Made by a program: the position numbers and the translations under genes. The notes under the pieces are model-generated. The model saw nothing but the letters and a program-made list of their open reading frames with translations. It had not been told where the DNA came from and ran no database searches. From Schmidtea polychroa (taxonomy: Eukaryota), in contig CM097885.1 in assembly GCA_044892525.1 (NCBI GenBank), positions 3,660,001-3,724,000 on the forward strand: DNA of 64,000 nucleotides, in the 5' to 3' direction. Below are positions 1-15,389 of the stretch, in pieces (position 1 is the first letter of the stretch; each line of letters opens with the position of its first letter).

Positions 1-1643
1 GATTTTTACAGGAGATTCTGTTAGGTTCTAACAAACCTTTCCTATACACACCAACATTAATTAATATACAAACAATAGTAAACATTATAATTAAATTTCA
101 AGAATTACAACATAACACCAGCTTTAGACAGTTTATCCATGGTATCAAATATTCCATCAGGGATCCATTTTATTGAAGATATATTTTTTTGGAAACGATT
201 TAAAATTGAATGGATTTCTAATTCAAATTCATGAAATGATTTAGCGTTTACATTTCTTGAAGATGATCCCGATGTTTTATTAATGGTACATTCAGATATA
301 AATATTCTTAAATGCATTTCGTTTCATTGAAAAGATCTTGTCAGTCGTCATTCAAATCTATTTATCACGATTCGTTGAAATGTTCATCAAATTATGGAAT
401 TTCAAATAATGTAGCATAACAGATTGAAGACCAATTTAGTAATCTCCAAAACCGTAAAGATTTATCAGAGCCATTGTCTAACAATGACAATCCAATTTCC
501 TCCGAAGACGGAGATGACTGCTCGACCATGAATACGGCACTGATGAATATGATGATAGATAAGATAGATGCTGAAATGTTTCTAGATCGTTTTTGTATGA
601 AAAGAATATTTAAACAATAGTTTTAATTTAATTAATTTTATAATATATTTTAAGTTTAATTATTAAGTTGATATTTTTATTAATGTGGAAGTGAGAGGCA
701 CTACAATATCCACTTGATTATAAAACATTTGGCTATGGATGGTATAATTACATTCTAAGTTATTGGAAAAACAAAAGTTAAATATAAATGCGTAGAGTAT
801 GAATGTCTAAGATTCATCGAATATTTGAACTTCATATCAATAATTTTAGACCGGTGATTCCCAACATATTCTAGCCCAGGAAACACCAAAAATAGATTTT
901 TTTTCATGGAAAGCCTAAACAAAAAATTATGTAGTTGTTTACTTTCTAAAGTTTAAATTTTATACTATCGCATTTAGATTTGAAGATATAAATTTTGAAT
1001 TCATATTTTTAACCATTATTGAAGAGAAAAACATTGAAAAAAATACAAGAGGTATTCAAAAAATTATAATTTAAAACTGAAAATGCTGCGAATAAGTTGC
1101 AGAAAAAATAAATTTCCAATATAGGAAGCATAAGCTTTGGAATGATAAAAGATAAATGTATCTTAGTATTTTGAAAGGTCCTGAAGGGCAGGAGTTCGTT
1201 TTTTTATTTTTCTATTTATTTTTTCTTCTTTATATTTAGCCCATGGAAAATCTGTAAGTTTAGAACTTGCTTGTTGCAGCTCACTATCAGAATATATGCC
1301 GCTATTCTTTTGGTGCATTTTAGTTTTTTTCATGTTTTGCTTTGTGATTTTTTGAAAGGTTTTCAGTATAAATTGACAATAAGTGACAGTATGTGTATGC
1401 AAATTCACTTTATAAGAATTACTCTGAGGATATTACTGAAATTAATGATGTAAGTATGAAAGGGCTGATTCTTGGTGCATAAATACGACATCAAGACTGT
1501 AGGGGTATTTGAATTCTCTGTGAGTAGTTTTGTTTTCATTTAATCTTGCCATGAGGCAGTCGCTGCTTTGCAGATGATGTGGTACAATGTCCAATAATGG
1601 TTTAGGATCTTTGAAAGGAGCTAACTTGTTTTAGTTGTTAGTA

Positions 1644-1748
<105 letters not shown>

Positions 1749-2459
1749 CATTATTATTTTGTTTTACTTACAATAGTCATCAAAATGATATGAAATATTT
1801 TGAAGTTGACCCATTATAGAATAAATGTTTACCTTTGTTGACTTGTAAACATCCGTAATGCATTTTTCTAATTAGTAAACACTATTACACTGATTTTCCA
1901 TTTGTTTGCTGATATAATAATTGTTTCCTGACATTCAGATTAATTTTTTTCTAGAAAAATTAATTAATTAAAAATTTTTTAATTTCAGTTAAATTTAATT
2001 TTTCATCGATTTAACTATGATCCCGTCTGTGTATTAAAACAAACAAAGTTCCATTTGCTAGATTCCATAACAAAAATTTATCATGAGATATCCTAGCTGA
2101 ACCTCGGGAGCTCTCTGTGGACAAAACTAAATTTGACATCATGTGACACGAATTTCCCCTTGGGGCTCCATTAACTTTAAATTTTATTTTCAGGAAAAAA
2201 ATTATAAATTTTTTTTAACAATCTTTCATTATGAATTATTATTATTTATTATTTCATTACGAGTCCGCAGATTTTCTTATTTCTGCGGGAGATAAAATCA
2301 TTGAAATTAGTATATTTCTTTTCTCCTGGATTCTCGGATGAATTTCCATAATTTGAATTATTAATAGGAAAAATATTAATCGAAAAAGTTTATAATAATA
2401 ATAATAATTATTGCTGTTATTATTATTATTATTATTATATTTATTATTATTATTATTAA

Positions 2460-2490
<31 letters not shown>

Positions 2491-2571
2491 TATTATTATT
2501 ATTATTATTATTATATTTATTATTATTATTATTATTATTAATATTATTATTATTATTATTATTTATTATTA

Positions 2572-2747
<176 letters not shown>

Positions 2748-2754
2748 GTTGTTA

Positions 2755-3010
2755 TAATCGAAAATCACCAACTAAGTATATTAAAATGAAACATTGCTAT
2801 ATATTGCGACCATCTAACAGTCTTCTTCAGGCTAGGATTCGTATTAATCACAACTAAATGAAAACAATAATATTTAAACAAATTAACAACTAATAATCGT
2901 AATAAAATTGTTTCAAAAGATATTTTAATAATATTTTGAAATATATAACAATATACTTAGTTGGTGATTTTCTATTATAAAAACTTTGCCTTCGTATTTT
3001 GATTATTTAT
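2755..3010. mobile_element. Penelope-like pseudo-LTR (pLTR) 3'-end remnant in inverted duplication, next to a (TTA)n tract
   Basis: The minus-strand copy (2755-2860) and the plus-strand copy (~2937-2985) share AATATACTTAGTTGGTGATTTT. The minus copy holds a hammerhead-like core and resembles the PLE 3' end at 5190-5250. Confidence 0.55.
2796..2832 (-). ncRNA. Degenerate minimal hammerhead ribozyme (PLE type)
   Basis: Minus strand reads gc-CTGAAGA-a-gactg-ttaga-tggtc-GCAA-TATATA-gc; GAAA is mutated to GCAA. Confidence 0.5.
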
Positions 3011-3299
3011 ATAAGAATTATACTTCTGCGGTTCCAGTATTCAAAGGATTGCTGGGGAAATTTATTTTAATTACAAGAATCGAACTAGACATTAGTTTCC
3101 TAGAAACCTGTTAGGATGATGAGATGATTCCTTCTTTTATTTTCACAGTGAAGTTGAGTAGTTATCAATGTACCGAAAATCACTGAAGAAAAAGAAACGT
3201 TTAATGGACAGAGAATTAAATCTAATAATATTGTCTTTGATCTAGTTAATTTGTAATTTTCGTTTAAAATACTGTATCAAATGATGTATAAATGTTTCT

Positions 3300-5268
3300 G
3301 TTATAAAATTAAAGTACAAATAGGATAGCCATATTCAGAAATTAAATAATTTATGGAGATTATATGGTATTTATAAATTTGACGTTAAGGATATTATATT
3401 AAATATAAGCAAAATTGCTTTATCGAAGCAGGAGGAATGGGCGTTGGAATTCGGCATTAATCAAGACACAAAAAGAATTGATAAATTATTCGCAAAAATT
3501 GAAAGTTTGTATTATATGATGTGTGTGTGTGTGTGTCTAATAAGGATATTGATAATAACTATGAATGTTTGCACTACTGATTATGTTATTAAAAATAAAA
3601 AACAGGATATTAAGGACTTTGTGGTACTGAAAGGTCTATCTAAAGAAGATATCAATGATAAATGCAAAGCTTTAGTTATTTTGGACGTTTATATGTTTTA
3701 TTAGCTCCACAATTTATGAAAATTGGGATAACCTGTATTAATTGGAATTTACCACCGATGAAGGATGAATTGGTTTTGTTCAAACTGCTAAAGGAATTAT
3801 CAGTTAGGAAAATATGGACGTTGACTTGGCTTAGTCTATTCAATCGAAAGGCTCCCAACCACCAAAGATAAAATGCCAATGACTCCAAGAATGACATTTA
3901 TTTTCATGTCAAGTTTAGAAAAGAAAATTTCATCATACAATTTAACTAAACCAACTGTGTATAAACGATATGTTGATGATATTTTTTGATGTTTGAGAAT
4001 CGTGATTTGCATAAGAATATTAAATATATGTGTGAAGAAAAAATGTCTATGATACCGTTTTTGGACCTGCTTATTCAACCAAAGGAATAAATAATATCAG
4101 ACTGAAATATACAGAAGAGAGACTGATACTGGACTTTATACTACTCCTGATAGCTTTTGTGATTATAAATACAAGCGAAATATGTAGAGAGGATTAGTTT
4201 TTCGTGCATGGTCTTTATCATTCACGTTTATCAATTTAGTGGAAAGTATTGATTTCTGGTTGTGATGCTTCTTAAAAATGAATATTCTCTAAATTTTTTC
4301 TTGAGCGCATGACAAAAGATAGCGTTTATAAATGGATTTTGAATACTCATGATCCTTGAATGGGTTTATCTGAAGGTAATTATCCTATTTTTTATGTTAA
4401 TATTTTGTCAAGTTCGTAAGATGAAAAAATCAGATTGAAGCACATTTTAATACCTTATTCTGAAGGTTTCAGAGAATTCAAGCATAAGATCCTTAAACAT
4501 GTAGATATGACTATATTTAGGATTGTTTCAATGTCTTGTAAAGTTGGTAGCATGTTCACTAATAAGTCACCAATTCCAGTTGGTCTGTGATCAGAACTCG
4601 TGGAACTCGTGTATCAATTTTCATATAATTATGTAATGGCCAAACATTGGAGAGACTGCCTATCATTTCTGCATTCGTGTTCTTGACGACGGAATGGATT
4701 GACCTACATTAGTGATCATTTTAGGAAGCGTACCAATAAAATAATAAGTATTTCTGATTTTAAGATCTTTTCGAAGAGTTTCAGTAATTACTGGGAACAA
4801 GCAACGTGCGAGGCGTTGTTAATTAGATCTTCAAATCCTATAATTAATATTCAAAGAGCCCTGTCTACAGGGATTCTGAATGTATTTAAATAATTTAACT
4901 TGTATATTTACTATTTGGGATGATGTTGTTGTTTGTTAAATTTTTTGGGTGTAAACAATTTTTAATTTTTAAATTTAAATTAATTTTTTTTATATTCATT
5001 TAAACAAAATTTTTTGTATGAGAAAATTAACAATTTGTGCGTTTTTAAAATTAAAATAATTTTTATATGATTAAACAAAAAATGTTTATCAAAATTTTAT
5101 TAAAATATCTTTTGATACAATTTGATTACGATTATTAGTTGTTAATTTGTTTGAAAATTCTTATTGTTATTTTGTTATTATTTTGTTGTTAAACGGTCGA
5201 AATATATAGCAATGTTATATTTTAATATATTTAGTTGCCGATTTTCTATAAACTTTTACTTCTTTCTT

Positions 5269-5270
<2 letters not shown>
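3300..5270 (+). mobile_element. Decayed Penelope-like retroelement (RT + GIY-YIG endonuclease)
   Basis: Fragments DKCKALVILD, FMSSLEKK...VYKRYVDDIF, TEIYRRETDTGLY, HIGETA and NYWEQATCEALLIRSSNPIIN, all matching the better copies at 24.5-30.6 kb. Hammerhead 3' half GTCGAAATATATAGC at ~5196. Many stops and frameshifts; 5' boundary approximate. Confidence 0.85.
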
Positions 5271-5333
<63 letters not shown>

Positions 5334-5366
5334 TTATATATTATTATTATTGTTATTATTATTATA

Positions 5367-5418
<52 letters not shown>

Positions 5419-6893
5419 TTATATATTATTATTATTGTTATTATTATTATATTTTATTATTATGATTATTATGAAGTTTATTATGCGTTATAAAAAGATT
5501 CAACTAGCTCATAAAACTTTCCGCATAAAATGACTGTGATATCATATGTAAAGTCCTGTAAAGAAACAGCATCCGATCTAATTGCCCATTGATGTAATTA
5601 CCGCAACTGAGCGATGGGATAGATTACATTTTCAATTCACTGGCATACGAAACGAATAAAAATTCCTATTCATAATCCTTGAAAGAGCCTGGAGAAAATC
5701 AGTCACTTGACTACAACTCGTTTAATCATAACCTCACCCCATTAAGTGCGTCGAGGAGCCCTTTATTCTATTTGAGCAATTTAACTTGATGTCTTTAACA
5801 GTCCTCGAAGATGACTTGATTTTCTCCAGTCTATTGTTACACAAGTAGCTTCTGAAGATTTGTTCAGCCGAAGTCGAGTAGGATAGATAATTTAATATTA
5901 TTCACAGAAGGCCGCGGTTTGTAGCCGAGCAACGGGGGTATATGCTAATTCTGATTCAGTTCAGTGCAAGAATTGGCATGGTATCCCAACCGTTGTTGAC
6001 TCGAGAGGAGAGATACCAACAGACGGGGAATGAATTTATTGAAAACAGTCGTAATAGAATCATTAATAGTGCATTTTCCTCTCGCTGTTTATTTCTCGTA
6101 ATCTCCATCATTGTTAGCGAGTATTTATCCGCTGGGCAATTAGATTTTCTGCTCCCCTTTTTCATTTACGTTTCAACTTCATTTCACTACCAAATTATTC
6201 ACATCGCTATAAATTACATATATAAACAGTTAAATGTTGGGTTTGTTGTTTGAAAATTTCTTAACAAATTCCAGGTTTTAATACCTCCTAGATTAAGCTA
6301 AATAAACCCTCCTTCAGCATTCATTGTGCTAAATACATTTTAAATAATTTATTTCATACAACTCATCAACCAATAAAATTAATCTAAAATATAATTTAAA
6401 TAATTCGCGTTCACGTGTGTAAATAACTATTGACATCATCAAGTTGTTCACTTCGAATGGCCGCAAAGGTATTGAAGAGATTGCTTTGGGGCGCAAATAA
6501 AAATAGACAGAATAAATTTTATTTAATATTTTGATTTTATCTCAGTATTTTATTATCAAATAGAATTTGATAAGTAAAATTTTAATAAATCAAAATTTAA
6601 ATATAAACAGACAAAAAGTTAATTTTCAGAAATAATAATAATAATAATAATAATAATCTCTCTATATATAAAAAAGCTAAGGGTTCCCTCCATCCGAATT
6701 TTACTTTTTTTTAATTTTAATATTTTTTTTAAATTTTTCTTTAAAATTTTTTTTAAAATTTTTTTTTATATTTTTATTTATTATTATTTTTTTTTTTGGT
6801 TTTTAATTATTTATTTTTTTTTATTTTATTATTTTTATTATTATTTTATTTTTTTTTTAAATTTTTTTTCCCGCTATAATAATAATAATAATG

Positions 6894-6981
<88 letters not shown>

Positions 6982-7329
6982 TATACAAAAAAGATACGCA
7001 AAAAGAAACTATTTTGACAAAATTTAAAAGAAAGTTTCTTTATTTTCTTTTTCTTTTTTCGATAAAAATTACATTTTGAGAGATATTCGATAACAAATGC
7101 ATATATTATTATAGACATATAAATACATATATTTATACTTAACAAATAAAAATATATTCGAACAAGAAAAATTACTTCCCAATCTTTTTTCAAGATTTCC
7201 TTTTCTCTGATATTTCGAAGAAATAATTTATCAGAAATATGTAAATTACTTTAGGCCAAATTTAGACTAAGATTTATGGGTCTGAGAGCTTTATCAGCGT
7301 GAACGCATAAACTGTAATTATTACTATCT

Positions 7330-8620
7330 GCTTCACTGATGTTAATATTTTCGATTATGTCTTCATCAGTTATAACCGATCTAGACCTTCATTGGCTCTA
7401 CTTGCACAATCAATTATCTGATTATCATTTATGTTATTCTCTGGAATTACTAGGGGGTAAAGTTCTATCAATGGAACATCGTGTACAAACCGAAAAATAA
7501 TTCAATGGTAAATTAAAGTTTGGTTCATCAACTGAACCAAAAGATGTTTAAAGCCATTTATTATCGTTTGAATGTTAACCTCATCCCATGCTTCAATCAG
7601 CATCAAAACAACATCCTCCAATGTGATAGATTTTGGGCTTCAACTAAATTTTCTTTATTCCTTGATATTAAATTGATTATAAGTTTCTTGCGATATAAAG
7701 TTTTTAAGGATTTTAAGGTAATTTGACCGACTGGTTGCAATCTTTGGTGGAAAAACATAACTGTTATGTTCATTTGTTCTCCAAAGCAGTGACTGTTGGC
7801 ATTATCTAGTAATAAAATGGCTTTCGGTGCCAAATGTTTCCGTTCCAAATTGGTTTTTACTTCTGGTACAAATCCTTTATGAAACTATTCTTTAAAAGGT
7901 TTTCTGGTTTGCCATGCATTTTTCGATGATCGGTAATGTATGTTGGGTAGATTCACATTTTTAAAAGAACGTGGATGTTTTGATCACCCTATTACCATCA
8001 ATGGTAATGTTTGCTGACCAGTCGCATTCACATGAGACATTACAGTAATCCGTTCTTTACTATTTTTCCTACCTTTTCTTCTGCAGTCACTAAAGTTTTC
8101 ATATTAAGATTTTTGAAAATCAATCCGGTTTCATCAGCACTGTTTATTTGTTATGGGTGCATTGTACATTCTTCAAGCTGATTCTTAAACCTCGCAATAA
8201 ATTCAGGCACGTCTGCATCATTAGCAGATAGTTTTTCTCCACTGGCTTTAAGAATTCGAATTGAATGTCTTTTATTAAAGTTCTGAATCACGCCATGGCT
8301 GGCCATAAATAAAATATCAGAATTCAAATGTTGGTGAAACTCTTAAGCTTTAATCCTAAGCATTTTATCATTAACTAAGTTATGCATCAGCCTTTCATTT
8401 AACAACCACTGATAGAGTGCATTTTCAATATCTGATAATTTTACAGTAGAGATGCGCCTAATTTTACTTATACGTTTTATGGATATTTTGGGAAAGTCCT
8501 GCATATTTTCTTTGTTATTTCTATTTTTAGAAATTGTACTTTTATTAACTCTATATTACTTTTTTTCTTCGATTTGGGTACGCAGGCCTTTTCGATAGGC
8601 TTTTAGATGTTGAATCTCAT
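7330..8620 (-). mobile_element. Decayed Tigger/pogo (Jerky/TIGD-like) DDE transposase
   Basis: Minus-strand pieces FMASHGVIQNFNKRHSIR, DETGL, SKERITVMSHVNATG, AILLLDNANSH. A possible terminus CCGAATCTTTACTG-TA at ~11744-11759 would place the hAT at 8923-11517 inside its 5' region. Confidence 0.75.
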
Positions 8621-8922
8621 CTAAGATTAAAATTAACCAACAGAGAACCAAATTATGATGAATTATTATCTCAGCATAAGCAATTTCACCCTTCTCATTA
8701 ATTACAATAAATTATGTACAGTATTTTTTATTTTACAATATTTCAGTTATAAAAGTATTTAATTTTTCATTAATGCTGTTAATTTAAAGGTCGTATATAT
8801 TTTAAAAAAGATATTATAAAAATATTTAATCATTATATAAAATTTTAAAGCAAAGGGGTACATTATATAATGAAAATGATCAAGGTGGTACGCAGTACCA
8901 AAAGTTTGGGAAACACTTATAC

Positions 8923-11517
8923 CAGGGATGGCAATTACATGGCACGCGTGCCAAACTTGGCACGCAGACAAAAAACTTCTGGCACTCTAAGAAATTTAAA
9001 AAAAGAAGTAGAAAAAATTCTTATTATAAAATAATTACTGCTTTTTAAAAAAAAATTTGGACCCAAAATTTTAATCAACGGCTTTGAATTGAATTCTATA
9101 TTTTTTTCTCTAGTTGGCTTTGCGTTATTAAATAACGCAATTAATTATTAAATTTAGTTTATTTTGGCACTTTGATAAAAACCTATTTGCCAAAATAACG
9201 GTTATTTTGTACATACGTATATGGTTGTGTTATAATTCTTGTATATTCTTACATCAGTTTTTAGTTTTGTTTTAACTTGTGCAGTTCAATAAAATTTGTG
9301 TTTAATTTTAAATAAAATTTATTTTTTGCTGAATTAAAATGGTACCAAAAAAACCAAAACTACAAGATATTCGTAGCTTTGTACTCTCCTGGACTGTTGA
9401 TTAAGGTTTTGTTAAACATGGAGATAAAAGTCGGTGCGGTCTGTGCTCTGAAATTATTGTATGTCGAACGTCTTCTATTAAGCGACATTTTGAAACCAAC
9501 CATAAAGAAATTGCCGAAAAAAATATTGAAGAAAGAAAAGAACTAATTTCTCAACGATTAAAGATAGCTGAAAATCAATCGAATTCATTATCAAAATTTG
9601 TAAAAACCAACAGCAATGTTACAGAAGCTAGTTTTGAAATTTCTTATTTGATTGCTAAGCAATCAAAACCATTTTCTGATGGAGAGTTTGTAAAACCGGT
9701 TATGTTAAAAGCGGCCGAAAGTTTGTTTCAAGATTTTAATAATAAAGAAAAGATTATTCAAAGAATTCGAGAAGTCCAGCTAAGCCGAAATTCAGTTAAA
9801 GATAGAATTTTAAAAATAAGTGCGAATATTTCTGATCAACTTTACAACGATGTTAATAGCTGTGACTACATTTCAATTTGCCTCGATGAATCAACAGATA
9901 TTAAGTCATCTGCCCGATTAGCAATCATTGCACGTTATCCGAAAGATAATGAAATGCACGAAGAACTTTTAAAATTAGCAAATATCCCAGAAAGAACAAG
10001 AGGTAGTGATATTTGTGAAGTTGTATTCAATGAATTAAACAAACTTAAAATAAATATTAAAAAAATCATTTCTGTAACGACAGATGGAGCTCCTAATATG
10101 ACTGGACCAGAGATAGGTTTTGTTAATTTATTTCAAAACCTAGTTGGTCATCCAATAATAGGCTTTCATTGCATTATTCATCAGCAAGTTCTTTGTGCAA
10201 AATTCGGAACTAGCGATTTCAAAGAAATATCAGAACAAGTTAATAAAATCATAAATTTTGTAGTTGCACGCGACATGCATAAAAGACAATTTAAAAAACT
10301 TTTAAATGATATGGATTGCGAATACGATACTCTCTTAATGTGCAAAAGTGTACGTTGGCTAAGTCGAGCGACATCCTTAGAACGATTTGTGAATTGCTTG
10401 GAAGAAATTCGACTTTTTTACACGAATTCGACAGGGATCGTTTTAAAGAATTATATGATACAGAATGGTTAACAAAATTAATGTTTTTTACCGACGTAAC
10501 ATTACATTTAAACGTTCTTAATAAAAAATTGCAAGGACGAGGAAAAACAATCGAAGTTATGTTTGGATTGATAAAGGGGTTTGAAATTAAATTAGATATT
10601 TTTGCTAGAGATATCGCATCTGGAAAACATAATAATTTTCCGAAATTTAAAAGTTTTTTAAATGAATCTACAATTTTCAAAAAAACTATTTGGAATTTTA
10701 ATTACGAATTTTCTAAAGTTCTTGAAACTATAAAAGAACAATTTTCAAATCGATTTAAAGATTTTAAAAGAATTGATAGGCTGTTGAAAATTGTAAATTA
10801 TCCGGACTTATTCGATATACAGGATTTCGATAACAACCTTATTAATTGGATGAAATTTGAAAATTTAGAAATGCAGACAGTAGATTTGCAATCTAATCCT
10901 ATTTGGACACAAAAATTTGTGAATATGCGAAAAAATATAGAAGAATTGGAATATCATCGATTGTCACAGGATGGAGAGTCGGAATGCCGCATTGAAAACT
11001 TGATATTGGAAGTGTGGAATAGTATGCCAGAAGCATTTGCTTCTGTAAAAAAATTAGCAATCGCAATGTTAACCATTTTCGCATCCACTTATTACTGTGA
11101 GAGTCTTTTTTCTGTACTTAATCATGTACTATCAAAGACAAGAAACAGATTAACAGAAGAAGACTCAGCAGCTTGTATTACCTTACAATCGACAACATAC
11201 CATCCTGATATTAAAAACCTTGCAAGTAATATGAAGCAAAAAACTTCTAACAAAATTTAAGAATTTTTTATTAAATTTATTATTAAACTTTATAATTTTT
11301 TTTACTATTTCTTTATATTGAATAAATATTATCACATGAACTCAAATATTGAAATTTATTTCTGTTTTCTTGTGAATAAAAAAATGAATAAAAAAATGAA
11401 TAAAAAATGTATATATAGGTACATATAACAAATAAAAGTTACGAGGGCACGAGAAAAAAATTGAATTTAAATTTAGTTTATTTTGGCACTTTGATAAAAA
11501 CCTATTTGCCATCCCTG
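8923..11517 (+). mobile_element. Full-length hAT (Buster/SPIN, GTF2IRD2-like) DNA transposon
   Basis: 12-bp terminal inverted repeat (TIR) CAGGGATGGCAA / TTGCCATCCCTG. Perfect 8-bp TSD ACTTATAC (8915-8922, 11518-11525). Confidence 0.95.
9339..11260 (+). pseudogene. hAT transposase, disrupted
   Basis: BED-like CxxC...KRHF, SICLDESTD, VTTDGAPNM, HCIIHQ, VRWLS, FASTYYCESLFS. Stop near 9401 and frameshift near 10415 (ORFs 9648-10472 and 10316-11260). Confidence 0.9.
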
Positions 11518-12522
11518 ACTTATACTATAATTAAATAATAATTATTGTCATTTTTATACCTACATTAACAGTTAATTATTAATGTTTTATGGATTTTAAA
11601 ACTGTTGCATATTTTTTTTTATTTAAGGATTTTACAACATAAAAATTAAAAAAAATTCGAAGGTTGTTTTTTGTGAAATAAATTTTAAATTGGAATCAAA
11701 AAAAGTTTTTTTGTGTTAGTTTCTTTTTTTGAAGTTTCCTTTTCCGAATCTTTACTGTATTAGTAAAGATTCGATTCTCAATATGGCTTGTTGTGTTCAG
11801 TAGAATAATCACAGAAAACCCAACAAAATAAAATTTATTTATTGATTACTAGAAGATATGCTCCATTCACAATTATTTTTATTTGATATTGATTAGTGGT
11901 TTTCCTTTATTTCTTTCCTAGATATACACTTTACTCTTCTAACGTAAAGTGGAAAATTTACGTATTTATTGTTTTTATTTATGCAAATTAGCTATCATAA
12001 ATCATTGTTACCAATGACCTCCTAGTATTTTTATGTAGGTCAACCCAAGTATTTAGAAAAATATTTTTAAAATATGTAGGTCAACTCAAATTTTATGTAG
12101 GTCAAGTTGAATTTAGAAGTAAGAGCCCGCTAACTCAAAGTAGGTAAAGTAACAAAAATATCAAGGTTAGAAAAACTGACTGTATGTGTGCATGTGTGTA
12201 ATAGTCAATAAATAAGGGATAGTTCAACACATTTAAGAATCGCTAAATTTTATGAAAAATTATATCGTGAGAAATCGACATTAGAAGTAGGGGCACGCTA
12301 ACTCATAGTTGATTATTAAGAGTTCCTGACACAGCATACTCAAGGTACCCGAATGTTAATTGTGATGATCCAATGTATTGCAATGGTATTAAAAGGGTTA
12401 TTTTCAAGTGTTTTATGGACGGTCAAACTTATATAACCATGCAGGTATACTCTTATTCAACAATTATCTGTTTAACAAATATGTGTGCAAGATTTTTAGT
12501 TATACTCTTATAACTACTATTC

Positions 12523-12605
<83 letters not shown>

Positions 12606-12969
12606 ATCATCATCATCATTAATAATATAATTGTAATTATAATGATATAGATAACAACATAAACATATACATAAACTAATTTACATATTTGATCACAAAT
12701 ATCCTCATCAGTAAGGGAAAAGACAATGTAGATTTTAAAATTGATAATTCAAACAAGTTTTGAAAATGCATAAATCAAATAATAATTTGTTTAAATATGT
12801 TTAAACAAATATATACAAATTTAAACAATTGAAAATTGAAAATTTATTAAATTTAATAATTTTTATATTTTAACTTATTTTGAAATAAAAATTCAAAGCA
12901 AAAGTATCCACATCATTTGGCAGATAAGTTTCAATATACCAGTCAATTTTAATAATGATATACAAACAC

Positions 12970-13468
<499 letters not shown>

Positions 13469-14579
13469 GTTATTATTATTAATATTATTATTAATATTAT
13501 TATTATTATTATTAGTGATACTATTAAGTATTATTTATCAATATAATTATTATAATTATTATTAATATTTATTATTATTATGGGAGAAGATCTCGTATAG
13601 ATGGAAATAAAATATAAATAAAAAATTATTCTAAATGAAAAATGCTAATATCAAATGACATGAATCTGTATGATTATGATTAATATCTAAAACTAAATAC
13701 CGATTTCATGTACGCTTCGGTGATTATATGGGATAAATGGGGCCCAATTCATGGGAATCCGTTTCATTGCTTAATAATGGATTTCATAGCCCCCCGAAGC
13801 TAAAAGAATTCAATATTAGTAATTCTATCAAATGTCGAATATAAAAACCTAATAAATGGTGAGCATTACAATTAATATGGGCATGTATAAATGCATGATA
13901 TGTAACAAATTAATTAAAGTACAAAGCGGTCCCATGTTAGAATATAAAAGGATTACTGAGAAAGAAATAAATATAAATAAATAAATAAAACAAGCTCATT
14001 TGTGATTGGTTGATATATCTTGAAATATTTGATTGGACGACTGACCGCATGATCCTTTCACATAACATTCGCAATCATAAGCAATTTCCTTTTTGATCTG
14101 TTCTGAAATATCCCATGAATTACAATGTACGTGGTGTACTTATCCAAATTCAAAATGAGAAAGAAATTGTGATTGAAGAATTACTAGCTGCTTACACGTT
14201 GTCCACTTACTACAAGAAGACTCAAGCACATCCCAGTATTTATCATGGTCCGCAAATTGTACGAAATTGTGAGCAATCTAGGATATATCATGAAACACAT
14301 TTGAACCATAAAAACACAAAGATGATTGATAAGGACGAAAATAAAAGTGTCAAAATTTAATAATAGAAAACTTATCAAGGTATGAAATAGAGATTTCTCA
14401 TAATAATTATGGGCCCCCGGGAGTGAACGAAACAACAGAATTATTTAAAAGCTAATTTCACCAAAAGAAATTAAAACCTTTGCAGATAATTCTATACATT
14501 TTGATGAACATGAGGGAATTGTTGAGAAAGTATACGCCTTGGTATTAGAGGTTCACTTAATAATAATAATTGGTAACTA

Positions 14580-14957
14580 TTATCGATATGCAATGCTGAT
14601 TCTTTCGAAACGAATAAATTCAAGATATATTTCCATGAAATTATTTGGGAAATGGATGAGGCTTTTTGGAATTCTCTGAAATTTACAATCTGTAAAATGT
14701 ACTTTAGAGCTTTGCTTCTCCTTATTACCACCAGGAGAACGGATTGATAGAAAGTTTTCTGTAAGTTGGTTTGAACCATTGCTATTTTTTGAAATAGGAA
14801 TGAGGGTATCGTGAAATAAAACTTTAAAACATTCATCTGGTGAAGTAGTTTTCTGGAAGCGAATGATGTTTACACTTTTTTTGTCCCTTCTATTCGCTGT
14901 TTCCCTAACTGTCTCAAAGAGAGGAAAAAGTATAAAAAGTGTACAAGACATCAACAT
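14580..14957 (-). CDS. Possible lineage-specific protein with hydrophobic N-terminus (may be a fragment)
   Basis: 125-aa ORF with ATG and a signal-like N-terminus. Weak similarity (FKVLFHD; NNFMEIYLEFIRFERI) to the ORF split by the Polinton-type element. Confidence 0.35.
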   Translation of the reverse strand: MLMSCTLFILFPLFETVRETANRRDKKSVNIIRFQKTTSPDECFKVLFHDTLIPISKNSNGSNQLTENFLSIRSPGGNKEKQSSKVHFTDCKFQRIPKSLIHFPNNFMEIYLEFIRFERISIAYR

Positions 14958-15389
14958 TTTATATATAAAATATAGCTCGTGCTGACACCTTTTTAAATTT
15001 TGTTAAAGTTCGGTAAGTATCTTAGAATTTACGGGCTTCTCGGAGAGTTTTTTTTCGGAACTTCGGGCTAGAAACTCGTTAACGGTGAAAATATTCATTA
15101 CTCCTAACGCCTGACAACCCTATGTTATATAAATAAGTTCAAATTAAAATAAAATACGAAAATAAAAAATCGATTACGACTCTAAGCAAGCAATTACAAA
15201 ATTACAAACTAATTAATTAATAATTTTTGTCGACATTAATTATTTCAGTAAGAAAAAAAAATCTCAAATCTTAACAGATATAATATCGGCCTGCAAGGTC
15301 GCGGTTTGAATGATAATTGATATGGCTCGCAGGTGAATATGATTAATGTCGCTGTAGCCAAATTAGCCAAAAGTAGCCAATTCGTACAT

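Noticed and set aside
105..600. Minus-strand hydrophobic coding-like stretch
   Set aside because: Broken by stops, with no recognisable motif.
5490..6260. Higher-GC region with short ORFs on both strands
   Set aside because: No family could be recognised; frames are interrupted.
12680..12714. Minus-strand CTGATGA-g-gat...atc-AAA hammerhead-like motif
   Set aside because: G12 is missing, stems are weak and there is no adjacent PLE coding sequence; too degenerate to call.
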